This document shows, piece after piece, positions 13,421 to 26,262 of a DNA stretch of 64,000 nucleotides; position 1 is the stretch's first letter, and the number at the start of each line of letters is the position of its first letter. Source of the DNA: Octopus sinensis (lineage: Eukaryota); the NCBI RefSeq assembly GCF_006345805.1, contig NC_043013.1:34658001-34722000 (forward strand), written 5' to 3'. The notes below the pieces were generated by a model. The model was not told the origin of the DNA, did no database searches, and saw only the letters and a program-made list of their open reading frames with translations. Both the position numbers and the translations under genes were made by a program.

Positions 13421-14166
13421 TGTGCCCTTTTAAAGCCTAGCCAGGCTCATGGGCCCAGTTTCCCATTTTCTATGGCGTATGTGTTCCCCAGCTGGATGGG
13501 ACGCCAGTCCATCACAGCGTAACTCATTTTTGCCAGCTGAGTGGACTGGAGCAACGTGAAAGGAAATGTTTTGCTCAAGAACACAACGTGTTGCTCGGTC
13601 CAGGAATCGAAACCACAATCTTACGATTATGATGCTGACACCCTAACCACTAAGCCATGCACCTCCACTTGCACCATTTTAAAGCCTAGCCAGGCTCATG
13701 GGCCTGATTTCCTGGTTTCAATGGCATATGTGTTCCCCAGCTGGACGGGACACCAGTCCATCACAGCATTACTCATTTTTGCGAGCTGAGTGGACTGGAG
13801 CAACGTGAAATGAAATGTTTTGCTCAAGAACCGAACGCAGCACCCGGTCCTGGAATCGAAACCACAATCTTACAATCATGATGCTGACACCCTAACCACT
13901 AAGCCATGCACCTCCACTTGCACCATTTTAAAGCCTAGCCAGGCTCATGGGTCCGGTTTCCTGGTTTCAATGGCGTATGTGTTCCCCAGCTAGACGGGAC
14001 GCCAGTCCATCACAGCATTACTCATTTTTGCCAGCTGAGTGGACTGGAGCAATGTGAAATGAAGTATTTTGCTCAAGAACACAACGCGTCGCCCGGTCCA
14101 AGAATCGAAACCACAATCTTACAATCATGGTGCTGACACCCTAATCACTAAGCCATGCACCTCCAC
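13421..14166 (-). mobile_element. Head-to-tail trimer of a 249-bp tRNA-derived SINE
   Basis: AAAGCCTAGCCAGGCTCATGGG recurs at 13432, 13681 and 13930; each unit has a minus-strand A box (TGGCTTAGTG) and B box (GGTTTCGATTC). Confidence 0.9.
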
Positions 14167-14516
14167 CTAAACACACAATAATGAATAGAAAGAAGGTGGA
14201 GTAGTGAGAAAGACACCACTATAAAATATAGAATGCAAAGGTATAGCAAGACGCTTGATTCTTATAACCATCTCCAAATTTAATCAACATTAATATATAA
14301 AGATATAACGACAAATCATGATATTAAATATATTTACATCATGTCATATCAAAGATTTGCTTCGTTTTTTCTTTCTTTTCCTTTTCATTTTTTTTATACA
14401 TGTTTCTCCATACTGATTTCCTGTGATCTGATTATTGGAATGGTAAGTTTCATCTACTATGCATTATTTTCTGAATTTTTCTTTAATTCTATTCAAAGGA
14501 ATGCTGTTGTTGTTGC

Positions 14517-14588
<72 letters not shown>

Positions 14589-15159
14589 CATCATCATTAC
14601 TAGGAGTGGTGGTGGTGGTGGTGGTGGTGGTGGTGGTGGTGGTGGTAGTAGTAGTAGTAGCAGTTCATTATCAAATTTCAATGTTTCTTTTTTTCAGGTG
14701 TTATCTTAAAACATGTAGCTCTGCTAATCAACATTTTTTGCTGTATAGTTGCATTCCTGTGTATTAAATACACACATGTACATACATATATATATATATA
14801 TACACACATATATCCTATCCTATCCATGTATATATACATATACACACATATATACACGTGTATATATATATAAACATAGAAGTGTGTGCCTTTGTGTGTG
14901 TGTGTGTTTGTACTTCCAACAGGGTTAGTTATTGACTCAGATGCCCCCTCTGCAATGGTCTTTATATTGGACAAACTGGCCATCATTCAGCTTAGCAATT
15001 CATGGAACATCTCTAGGACACTCAAATTAGTAGCAAGTCGTATATCTTTTGCTTTTAATGCTCTTCAGATCACAAGTGATACCTTCCATACAGTTTGGTT
15101 TTATACACTGGTTCCACATACTCCAGGATCTGCAGAGTGCAATGACTTGCACCCCATCA

Positions 15160-15455
15160 CTTATGACGATGAGGGTTGCAGTTGAATTGTTCCAAGGAAC
15201 AGCCTACTTCTGAAATTAAAGTGTAGGTAGCTGAGCACTCCACAGACATGGGTACCCTTAACGTAGTTCTTAGGAAGATTCAGCATGACACAGAATACCA
15301 CAAAGCTGGTTCTTTGAAATACAGGTACTATTCATTTCTGCCAGCTGAGATGACTGAAGGTGCATGAAATAAAGTGTCTTGCTCAAGGACAGAATTTTCT
15401 ACCAGGTATTGAACTCACAACCTTGTGATTGTGAGTCAAATACTCTAACCACTTG
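15160..15455 (-). mobile_element. SINE family C (long form)
   Basis: Similar to 32225-32600 and 46577-46965 (GCTGAGCACTCCACAGACA..TACCCTTAA.GTAGTT). Confidence 0.7.
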
Positions 15456-16126
15456 GCTATACATTTATATTCTTACATTTTCAGTCTCAATTTTTTACTT
15501 GTCTACAACATCTTCATTACCACCACTGGTCTTGCTTCCTTATTGTTATCACCATCATACTTTAACATCCAGCCTAGCATGAGAGGAAATGATCTGACAG
15601 GATCTGGGGGACCACATAGCTGCTTTGAGGTTCAACATCAGTTTTAGCATGGTTTCTATAGCCCCTTTACAGTGTACATACTGAATGCTTTTTTGCACCA
15701 TTGGTATTAGTGCGGGCACTGAATGACTTACCAGACAAAAGGGGAATAAAAAAAGGAAAAAACCAAAAGTAAAGAAAATGTATCCCTTTAACAATGTGTG
15801 ATGATTTTTGATGAAGGGTTGTGGTTTTATGTCAGGTGTTTGTATGTTTTCGATTGGTATGGTCTCTATTGCTGTATGATGGCATTCCTAATACCACCGC
15901 GTGCGTTTTATTGTAATTCTGGCTCTAGATGGATTGTCATGTCATCAATAAAACAAAATGGACCCAATTTTTCATTACAATGTCTCTATACTTTCCTCAA
16001 GCAGTTCAGATTTTGTGATAGGTACATTTCATGAGGCACCAACACTAGTGAGGTCACCTTGCACTCACCCTGCAAGATGAAGAGCATGGCTTTTCACTGC
16101 TCTACATTATCAATATTTATTTAGAG

Positions 16127-16652
16127 CAGTTGTTCTGAACTAGGGTCTGTATGATCCTTACGGGTCCATGCAAGATTTTTGGGGTCCACACTCATAAAAT
16201 AGTAAATTTGAGATCCACTGTAGTATATCAAGGGCCCATAAAGAATTTTGATTTAGTTGTATTTGTTGCAGGACACAGTTATGTTTCTTTCTTTGACGTT
16301 TTATATAGAGTTCAACATACACAAGAGAATGTGTGATGAACATCATCATCATCGTCGTCGTCGTCATCATTTAACATCTGCTTTCCATGCTGGCATGAGT
16401 TGGATATTTTGGCATGGAGCTGACTGTGACATGGTTTCTATGGCTGGATGCCCTTCTTAACATCAATCACTTAGCAGAGTGTGCTGGGTGCTTTTTATGT
16501 GTCACTGGCATGGGTGTGTTTACACCCATAGAAATTTTGAAAGAAGTATCTATAAAACTAGTTTGTAAACATCAAATCGTTATGGGGATCTATCAGAATA
16601 AAACAGTAATCCAAGGGGTCCGTAGGTAATAAAAAATGGTTGAGAATCACTG
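16127..16652. mobile_element. hAT-like MITE interrupted by an RTE-tail/SINE fragment (~16340-16520)
   Basis: Termini CAGTTGTTCTGAAC ... GGTTGAGAATCACTG with internal GGGGTCC subterminal motifs; the 8-bp flanks match only partly. Confidence 0.6.
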
Positions 16653-18027
16653 GTTTAAGGTAATGTGAGTGAATAGGAAAGGAGGGTGATTACTAATGAG
16701 TCAGGTGGAGCAGAAGAGAGAAAGGAGAGGGACACTAAGGAAAGTGGAAAGTAACTGAAATGATAGTATGAGCAAATGCATGCATGCCACACACACACAC
16801 ATGCATGTGTGCACACATATACACACACATACACACTCACATACACGCACTTGCATGCACACACGCATGTGCACATACACAAACATGCACGCACACGCAC
16901 ACACACACATGCACACACACGTGCATGCACATACACACACATGCGCGTGCACATACACACACACACGCACACACACACACACTCACACAAACAAAAACTC
17001 ACACACACACGCCTCCCCCACACGCCTCCCCCACACACACGCACCCCCACACATGCACCCCCACATACACACCCACTCACATGCGCACACACACACACAC
17101 ACAAACAAACATGCCTCTTTGCATATAAAACAGAAGAAGCCAAGTAGCAAGAACTATTTAGAAGAGAAAAATAATCATATAAATTGAACTGAAAATTTGA
17201 AAAATGTACGTGTTTGTGTGCTTATCACACACACACAGACTCACATACATACATACATACTACATACATACATACATACATACATACATACATACATACA
17301 TAGCTAAAACATTCTGTCTTGTATTTTCCACTCTGAGGGTGGCAAATGGTAGAATATGTAAGGCTCAAAGCAAAATGTTTTTCAATATTTATGTAGTATG
17401 TTCAAATCCCAACGGGTATAACTTTACCTTTCATCATTAAGGGATAGAAAAATTGAAAGAATAAATACCAGTTAAGTACTAAGGGGTGGTGATTGTAATG
17501 GTGTTGGTGGTGGGGTTAATTTCATCAACAATGACATTTCCTAAACAATTTGCCAATTTAAAAAGCGAAACTTCTCAAAAAGACAAAAATAATAAGAAAA
17601 AAAAATGAAGAATTTGTATTTTTATTTACTTATTTTTTTCTTGTTTTTCCATTCCTGTTTTACTCATTAGTGTCTAATGGTATGAGTGACAAAAAAATAA
17701 TTAAGGAAGTTGAGATGTTTCACTGCATAGATATGAGCCCCTTGGTTAAAGGGTAGGGCAGAAAGGAGCACATGGATTGGGTTAAAATAGAACAAGGGTA
17801 GGAAATTGTTCCTTCTCATTGACTTTCTACTGTTCTAATCATTATTGTATTTCATACTTTAACAACTGCAACAACAACAACAACAATAACAACAACAACA
17901 AAAGCCCTTATATGATTAATAAGAAACAAATATATAAAAAAAATAATAATTATGGTAAATAAAAGAATTTAGATTAGTTTAGCAGTTTTATCATATTTTC
18001 ATATTTATTCTTATTTTTCATTGTATG

Positions 18028-18063
<36 letters not shown>

Positions 18064-18090
18064 GAATGTGTGTATGTGTCTGAGTGTGTG

Positions 18091-18121
<31 letters not shown>

Positions 18122-18230
18122 ATATATAAATATATATATACATATGTATACATATATATATACATATATATATACATATGTATATATATATTTATATATG
18201 TATATATGAATATATACACACACATATACA

Positions 18231-18368
<138 letters not shown>

Positions 18369-18817
18369 TGTTCTAATTCATTTGCCTTTTTCTTTTTATA
18401 AATGTTCCGGCCTTGCGTTTTTTCATTATCATATTTCAAGAATATAGTTTATATGTACATGTCTTTGGGAGGGGGTATAATACTTCATGCTTCGGTACAT
18501 GTGTTCAAGATGGAGACAGAAAAAGACTGAGTTTTTGTGGGTGTTCTTTGTCTCAACATTTCTGTTTTTTTATATATTTCTGTATCAGTCTCCTTCATAT
18601 AATGTAGTTATGTGTTTGTGTGCCTATGTATATATATATATGCGTGTGTGTGTGTATGTGTTTGTGTATGTTTGTGTCTATATTGGTGTGCTATGATTTC
18701 ATAAATGCGTGTGTCCTAATTTTAAAAATTTCTCTTCTAGTCTGTATTTATTACCATAATTATTATTATTGTTGTTTTCTTCTTCACCATCATTATTATT
18801 ATTATTATCATTATTAC

Positions 18818-18863
<46 letters not shown>

Positions 18864-19084
18864 TAGTTTTGTTTGTTTGTTTTGGGTTGTTTTTTTGGGG
18901 GTTTTTTTCACCCCCCAAATTAGCATTGTTCTCCATTTCAAACAATCCCAAGTTGACACTGTGCGAAGTATGAGAAAATGACAAAAAAAATGATTTATTT
19001 GACTCCAAATTAAATCTCGAATTTTTTTTTCGACAAATATTCCCTTGACACCCTTTGAGACACACACATACACACACACACACA

Positions 19085-19120
<36 letters not shown>

Positions 19121-19304
19121 TCAGGTTATGTTTGTAGTGTTAGCTATAATGCCATGAAGCTTTTTGCTTCATTGTTTTTGTTTTTTTTTATTTAATTTCA
19201 AGGCAGTAGATTGAGGAAGACTCCTGTTTCTTGATAGACATCTTCCACACTGACAGAGTAGCAAGCACCATAATGAACTATGGCAGATTATTGTAATAAT
19301 AATG

Positions 19305-19573
19305 TCTCTTGGTAATATCTTTGATAGCATTACTATAGGTTGATATCAAGGACATCACAAAAAGTTGGGTTATCAAAGACATCACCAACAATGGTGCTAT
19401 CAAAGAGCAATACAAAAGTAGTGTTATCTAAAATATCACTAATAATTAGTGCTATGAAGAATATCGCCAACAGCATTTTATCAAGGTATCACCAACAGTT
19501 GTGATATCAAATGGAAGTCCAAAAAATAGTGTTATCAGAAATATCAATATTATCATTGTTATAATAAATATCC
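19305..19573. repeat. Degenerate ~27-bp minisatellite (about 9 units) with one leading inverted unit
   Basis: Repeated GTG(T/C)TATCAAAGA(C/T)ATCACCAA; 19305-19333 is its reverse complement. Confidence 0.65.
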
Positions 19574-19982
19574 CATTCTTCGTCTCATGCACTATGGTGC
19601 TTACCACTTTGGAGGCACTCCACTCTGTACTTTAGTGGGTGGTGCCAGTTATATCTCTACTGTTAATGATATCTATGATGATATTACTTTTGACCGTGTG
19701 TGTGTGTGTGTGTGTGAGGGAGTGAGAGAGAGAGAGAGAGAATGTGTGTGTGTGAGAGAGAGAGAGTGAAAGAGAATGTATGTGAGAGAGAGAGAGAATG
19801 CATGTGTGTGAGAGAGGGAATGTGTGTATGTGTGTGTGAGAGAGAGAGAGAGAGATAGTGTGTGTGTGAGAGAGAGAGATAGTGTGTGTGAGAGAGAGAG
19901 AGAGAGAGAGTGCATGTGTGTTCATTTATATTTGGCAGGGGTCGGACAAGGTGCCACAGTCTAAGTAAGTTCTTATTTTGAG

Positions 19983-20045
19983 TGCCGATCTCTAATTGTG
20001 GAAGGAACTATAGAAAGGGAAGACCCAGGAAGACATAGGACGAAT
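19983..20045 (+). mobile_element. RTE-clade LINE C-terminal fragment
   Basis: Translates with a frameshift and a stop to CRSLIVEGT..GRPRKT(W)DE, the RTE C-terminal motif. Confidence 0.55.
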
Positions 20046-20775
20046 TTAAAAAAGTTGGAGGAAACTTTTCAAAATTAAATAAAGTGGAAGTATGCAAAAA
20101 TAAACATTATTTTCCTTCTTACTGTTTTGTTTCGTTTTGAAAAATAACAAATTATTTTATTGTTTGTTATTGTTTATATTTTGAATTACATAATCTTTTA
20201 TGGGATTGCCAAAATCTTTTAAATGCTTAAAATGGGTCTTAATTCAAACTGGAGGTTGCCTAATGAGTTCTCACTACCTTAAAAGTAGTTCGTTTGCATG
20301 TATGAGGTAATATGTCCAAAAGGTGAGCTAAAGAGACGAGCATTTAATACGAATCAACATAATCACATGAAATCGGCAAGATTGTTTTGGGAAGTGAGGG
20401 ATAATAATGATGAGTGGTAAACTTAATCTTCTATTTAATCTGAAATGCCAACTGTTCCTTTGATGCCTTTAGTGGGGTCCACTTTACTGTAAGGATTTCA
20501 GGCCAGGATTTTGGCTTGACGATATCTTCCTCCTGAAATTTTAAGAGGCTTTGGAAAGAGTCATGAACATAGTGGTGGTTGTAGTGGTAGTGATAGGAGA
20601 GGGTAGATTGTGGTGGTGGTGGTGGTGGACATGGTGGTGGTCTTGGTGATGGTGTTAGTGGTAATGGTGTTGGTGGCAGCAGTGGTGGTGATTTTTGTAA
20701 AAACATATATTTGAAGAAGAAGCACACTAAGAAGTAGAGCAGTCTATATTTATTATTGGTGAAGGCCAGTTTATA

Positions 20776-21165
20776 GGGTTGTGTGGTAAGTAGCTTGCTA
20801 ACCAACCACATAGTTCAGGGTTCAGTCCTACTGCGTGGCGTCTTGGGCAAGTGTCTTCTGATATAGCCCTGGGCCGACAAATGCCTTGTGAGTGGATTTG
20901 GTAGACGGAAACTGAAAGAAGCCTGTCATATATGTGTATATATATATGTGTATGTGTGTGTGTTTGTCCCACTAGCATTGCTTGACAACCGATGCTGGTG
21001 TGTTTACGTCCCCGTCACTTAGCAGTTCAGCAAAAGAGACCGATAGAATAAATACTGGGCTTACAAAGAATAAGTCTTGAGGTCGATTTGCTCTACTAAA
21101 GGCGGTGCTCCAGCATGGATGCAGTCAAATGACTGAAACAAGTAAAAGAGTAAAGAGTAAAAAGA
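20776..21165 (+). mobile_element. Full-length tRNA-derived SINE family A
   Basis: Head GTGTGGTAAGTAGCTTGCT...GGGTTCAGTCCTACTGCGTGGC; tail (GAGTAAA)n. Confidence 0.85.
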
Positions 21166-21185
21166 TATATATATATATATGGAGG

Positions 21186-21237
<52 letters not shown>

Positions 21238-21390
21238 GTATGTATGTATATATATGAATTCAGCAAAACTTTAGATTCAAATGAATATGGCACTTATGTT
21301 GAGGCACCAGAATTTAGTACGGTATTATCCATAAAATTTCAAAATAAGGTGATTAGAATCAAAGTAAGCAACAAGGATATCCAGAGGTAA

Positions 21391-21477
21391 TGCAGTGCGA
21401 TCGTTTCAGGCAACTCCATTTTAATTGAATAATGCAATTATTACATCAATTTAAATGCAGAGCAATCCTCAGCTGCA
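21391..21477 (-). ncRNA. Type-I hammerhead motif with long stem II, family 2 (cleavage triplet mutated)
   Basis: Minus strand: TGCAG-CTGAGGA-[long CATTT.AATTGA/TCAATT.AAATG stem]-GAAA-C-GATC-GCA-CTGCA; stem I TGCAG/CTGCA; GCA in place of GUA. Confidence 0.65.
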
Positions 21478-21929
21478 CAAAGACATAGAATTTAATTAAA
21501 TTAAAACAGATGGACACATTAGTATAATTTTTCCTAAAATCTCCAAGAAGTTAAGGAAATAGACAAAGAGCATTGCTGCCCTTCCTTCCACTTAGAAACT
21601 ACTAAGTTATCAGCAAGAATGCCTTGTTACAGATTTTGCTTGTCACTTTTATATGGCGTCAGTTTTAATTTATAGACTAGTTTTATTAAATCCTTGTATA
21701 TCTATATACATATGCTTACATGTATGTATATGCAGACACACATGTGTGTCATTATTTGTGTGTGTGTGTGTGTGAGGAGGTTTAACCTACACCTCATCGT
21801 CTTACTATTGATATACCTTTCATACGCCACCATAATTACCCTATCCAGCAAACTCAGACCCAGAAACCATGACATTTGACATACACTGCTTTCTTCCACA
21901 CATACAATGCCAAATTTTTGCCTTCACTA

Positions 21930-22032
21930 TGATCCATTTACAACAACTGTGGCCTCTACCTCTGCAACAGTCTGTACTCTCTCCCCAACAACAATTGCAA
22001 CTCCTACCACTCCTACCCCAATTTCAACATCA

Positions 22033-22074
<42 letters not shown>

Positions 22075-23830
22075 GCTGCTGCTGTTGCTGCTGCTGCTGC
22101 AGCTGCTGCTGCTGCTACTACTACCACTACAACTACCACTACTACTACCACTACTACTACCACTACTACAACTACCACTACCAATACTAGAACTAGCACT
22201 ACCACTACTACCACTACCACTACCTCTACTACTACTACAGCAACCACTGCTATCATTCACAAACTACCACCATCACTACCACTACAAATGTCACTATTAT
22301 GAACACATATGTCACAAAAATCTCAGCCACTACAACAGTGACAGTAGCAACCATGACCACCACAGACACTACCACCCAAACAACCACAACAGCTACTATC
22401 ACACCATCATTAACTACTACTTCTACTACATCCTCAACAACCTCCCTGCCTCACAACCAGCAGTTTTGCCATCGGTATTATCATCACTACTACTGTGACA
22501 GCAACCACCAATATCACCTCAACTACTACTACAACAAACACTGTCACCCCTACCACTACACTTACCAATATCACCACAATCATCATCACCATCACCATCA
22601 TTATCATTATCATTATCATCGTCCTCATCACCGTTATAACCATCACCGTTCATTATCATCGTTGTTGTCGTCATCGCCACCACACTGTCACGCATGTCTC
22701 CGCCATGACCACCACCATCACCAGTGACACCATTCTTTCCCCTATTATCACAATCACCGCCACCACCGCCACCACCACCACCACCACCACCACCACCACC
22801 ACCATCACCGCCACCACCATCGCCACTGCTACCGAAAGCAATAGTCACAGCTAGCAATTCCATCACTATAACAATCATCATCATCATCATCATCGTCATC
22901 GTCATCATCATCATCGTCATCGTCATCGTTGTCGTCGTCGTCGTCATCATCATCATCATCATCATCATCGTCAGCAACATGCCATAAATAACAGCTAACA
23001 GGACACATACTTTAATATATTCATTATGGTAAACATCCAGACTAGATGACCAAGATTTTGTCCACCACCCTGATAGGAATGGTATTTAATTCTGACAATG
23101 ATACCCCTAGACTAGTAAATGATTACCTTCATATTGACCCTACTTCTGCTCTTGCCACACCTTCAAATTGAAAAGGTCTGACAGCCATCAGACAAGCCAG
23201 CACGCACTACCACCCACACAACCACCATAACAGTCGCCCCTGAAAACACTACCATAACACCACTACCAGGACATCCACCATTATTGCTGTAATTCCTGCC
23301 TTTGCAGAGGGTAGATTGTGGTGGTTGTAATGGTGGTGGTGGTGGTGGTGGTGGTGGTAGTGGTGATTGATAATGGTGTTGGCAGTGGTGGTGGTTTTTG
23401 TAGCAAAGGCAGCAGCTCAGAGGTGATGGTGGTGGTGACAATGGTGGTGATGGTGGTGGTGGTAGTGGTGGTGATGGCGGCAGCAGCAGTGGTGGTGTTA
23501 GTGGTGGTAGTAGTTTTTGGTGGTGGTGGTGGTGACAATGGTAGTAGTAGTGGTGATGGTGATGGTGGCGTCAGCAGTAGTGGTAGTAGTGGTGGTGGGG
23601 ATGGTGGGGTAGGGGTGATTGGTAATCGTGGCGGCAGTGGTGGTTGTAATTTGGCAGCTCAGAGGTGGTGGTGGTGGTGGTGGTGGTGGTAATGATGGTG
23701 GTGGTGGTGATGGTGATTTTCATGGCAAAGGCAGCAACTCAGAGGTGATGCTGATAAAGACGATGTTGTTGGTGGTGGTGGTGGTGGTGGTGGTGGTGGT
23801 GGTGGTGCTGATGGTTTTGATGGTGGTGAG
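21930..23830. repeat. (ACT/ACC/ATC)n tract followed by an oppositely oriented (GGT)n tract
   Basis: Directly visible; orientation switches at about 23290. Confidence 0.9.
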
Positions 23831-24104
23831 TCGTCCTATCAGGTTTATAAGTTCTCTTATTGCATTAAAGGTTATCAAGCACCGCCAGATATTACAAGGT
23901 GTAAAAGACTGAGCTGTACAGGGTATGTAAATGTGTTGTGTGTGTGTCTGCGTGTATGTGTACATGCATATGTGAGCAGGTGTGTTGATGAATGTCTGGT
24001 ATGCACCGTGGATATTTGTAAGGTAAGTGTGTATATGCTTTCTATTGATACAAATATAACTATATCTATCTACCTGTCTATTTATTTATCTATCTATCTA
24101 CCTG

Positions 24105-24137
<33 letters not shown>

Positions 24138-24180
24138 ATAACTATCTATCTATCTGTCTAATTATCTATCTATCTATCAT

Positions 24181-24255
<75 letters not shown>

Positions 24256-24572
24256 GATATACATGTATCATCATCAACCTCACCATCATCATTTTAATGC
24301 ACATTTTTCCATGTTTACAAGGATCAGGTGAAACTTTCTGAGGCATACTTCCTACAGCTGAATGCCTTTCCTGTTGCCAATTCTCACCTGTTTCCAAGCA
24401 AGTTATTTCCTTTACATATTATGTTGTGTAAGTGTGTGCATGTATATATATGTGTGTGTGTGTATGTGTGTGTCTGTATGTATGTATATATATATAGATG
24501 TGTATATATATATATGTATGAAAAAACAAGTCAAAAATAGAAAATGCTAAGATAATTTTATAGTGAATCTTT

Positions 24573-24610
24573 CAGTACCGGTTTCGGTCATTTTGAGACC
24601 TTTTCAACTG
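24573..24610 (-). ncRNA. Minimal hammerhead with U3:A8 core, family 3
   Basis: Minus strand: CAG-TTGAAAA-GGTC(tcaaaat)GACC-GAAA-C-CG-GTA-CTG; all three helices are consistent. Confidence 0.75.
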
Positions 24611-24809
24611 TAACGATTAAATAATTAAATTTAGAAAAATTAGAAGAAAAGTTTTTTTAAAAGAATATTTCTGTAGTAGTGTTCAAATATAAGTAGCATT
24701 CTGCCTTTCTCTGACTCCCTTGTTTGCACTTGTGTGTTCGAGGTCATATATATGTATATATATATATATGTATGTATGTATATGTATATGCATGTGTATG
24801 CATATAAGG

Positions 24810-26262
24810 TATGTGGCTTAGTGGATAGGGTATTCAGCTCACGATCACAAGGTCATGAGTTCAATTCCCAGTGACACATTGTGTCCTTGAGCAAGAGACT
24901 TTATTTCACACTGCTCCAGTCCACTCAGCTTGCATAAATGAGTAGTACCTGAATTTCAAGGGGCCAGCCTTGTCATACTTTGTGTCATGTTGAATCTCCC
25001 TGAGAAATATGTAAAAAAAGGGGTATGCATGCCTGCAGAGTGCTCAGCCACTTGCGTATTAATCTCACGAGCTCACTGTTCCGTTGATTGGATCAACTGG
25101 AACTCACATTGTTGTAAGCAACTAAGTGCTACGTCTTATTCTTTGCAAGCCTAGTACTTACTCTATTGGTCTCTTTTGCCAAACTGCAAGGTTACTGGGA
25201 CATAAACACACAAGCATCGGTTGTCAAGCAATGCTAGGGAGACAAACACAGACACACAAACTTACACACATACATATATATACATATATACGACAGGCTA
25301 CTTTCAGTTTCCATCTACCAAATCCACTCACAAGGCTTCGGTCAGCCCGAGGCTATGGTAGAAGACACTTGCCCAAGATGCCATGCAGTGGAACTGAACC
25401 TGGAACCATGTAGCTGTTAAGCAAGCTACTTACCACACAGCTACTCCTGTGCATATTGGTCTCTTTTGCCAAACTGCTAAGTTACATGGACGTAAACATA
25501 CTGACATTGGTTGTCAAGCGATGGTAGGAAGACAAACACAGACAGAAAGACAGACATGCATAGATATATATGCATATGTTTATATACAATGGGCTTCTTT
25601 CAGTTTCCATCTACCAAATCCACTCACAAGGCTTTGGCTGACCTGAAGCTATAGTAGAAGGTGCCATGCAATGCAACTGAACCCTGAACCATGTGGGGAG
25701 GAAGCAAGCTCCTTACCTCACAGCCAGACCTATATGTATGTAAAGAATAGGGTGGTGAGCTGGCAAAATCATTAGCACACTGGGTAAAATGCTTAGCAGT
25801 ATTTCATCTGCAGTTACATTCTGAGTTCAAATTCCGCCAAGGTTGACTTTGCCTTTTGTTCTTTCGGGGTTGATTAAATAAGTACAAGTTACGCACTGGG
25901 GTCAATGTAATCGACTTAATCCCTTTGTCTGTCCTTGTTTGTTTTCTCTATGCTTAGCCATGTGTGGGCGATAAAAAAATAAATATATACATATATATCT
26001 GTACTTCTTCAGTACTTCTTCCTCCTCACTCAGCTGAGAGGCCATGTTTGGTAAGCTGTTCAATGACCTTTCTGTAGCTAGTGCCAAGTAAAATGTCCCC
26101 AGTCCATCCTGTAAAGTGGTTGGCATTAGGAAGGGAATCCAGCCATAGAAACCATGCCAAAATTGACAGCTGATTTTGGTACAGTCTTCTGGTTTGCCAG
26201 TTCCTGTCAAACCATCTAACCCATGCCAAATTAGAAGACAGACGTTAAATGATGAAGATGAC
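24810..26262. mobile_element. SINE cluster: C(+) 24810-25125, A(-) 25133-25450, A(-) 25455-25730, B(+) 25750-25982, RTE tail(+) 26080-26262
   Basis: Matches to the other family copies in this window. Confidence 0.8.

Noticed and set aside
21869-22987. Thr-rich mucin-like ORFs
   Set aside because: Degenerate ACN/ATC trinucleotide repeats that are open in several frames on both strands; no splice or domain evidence.
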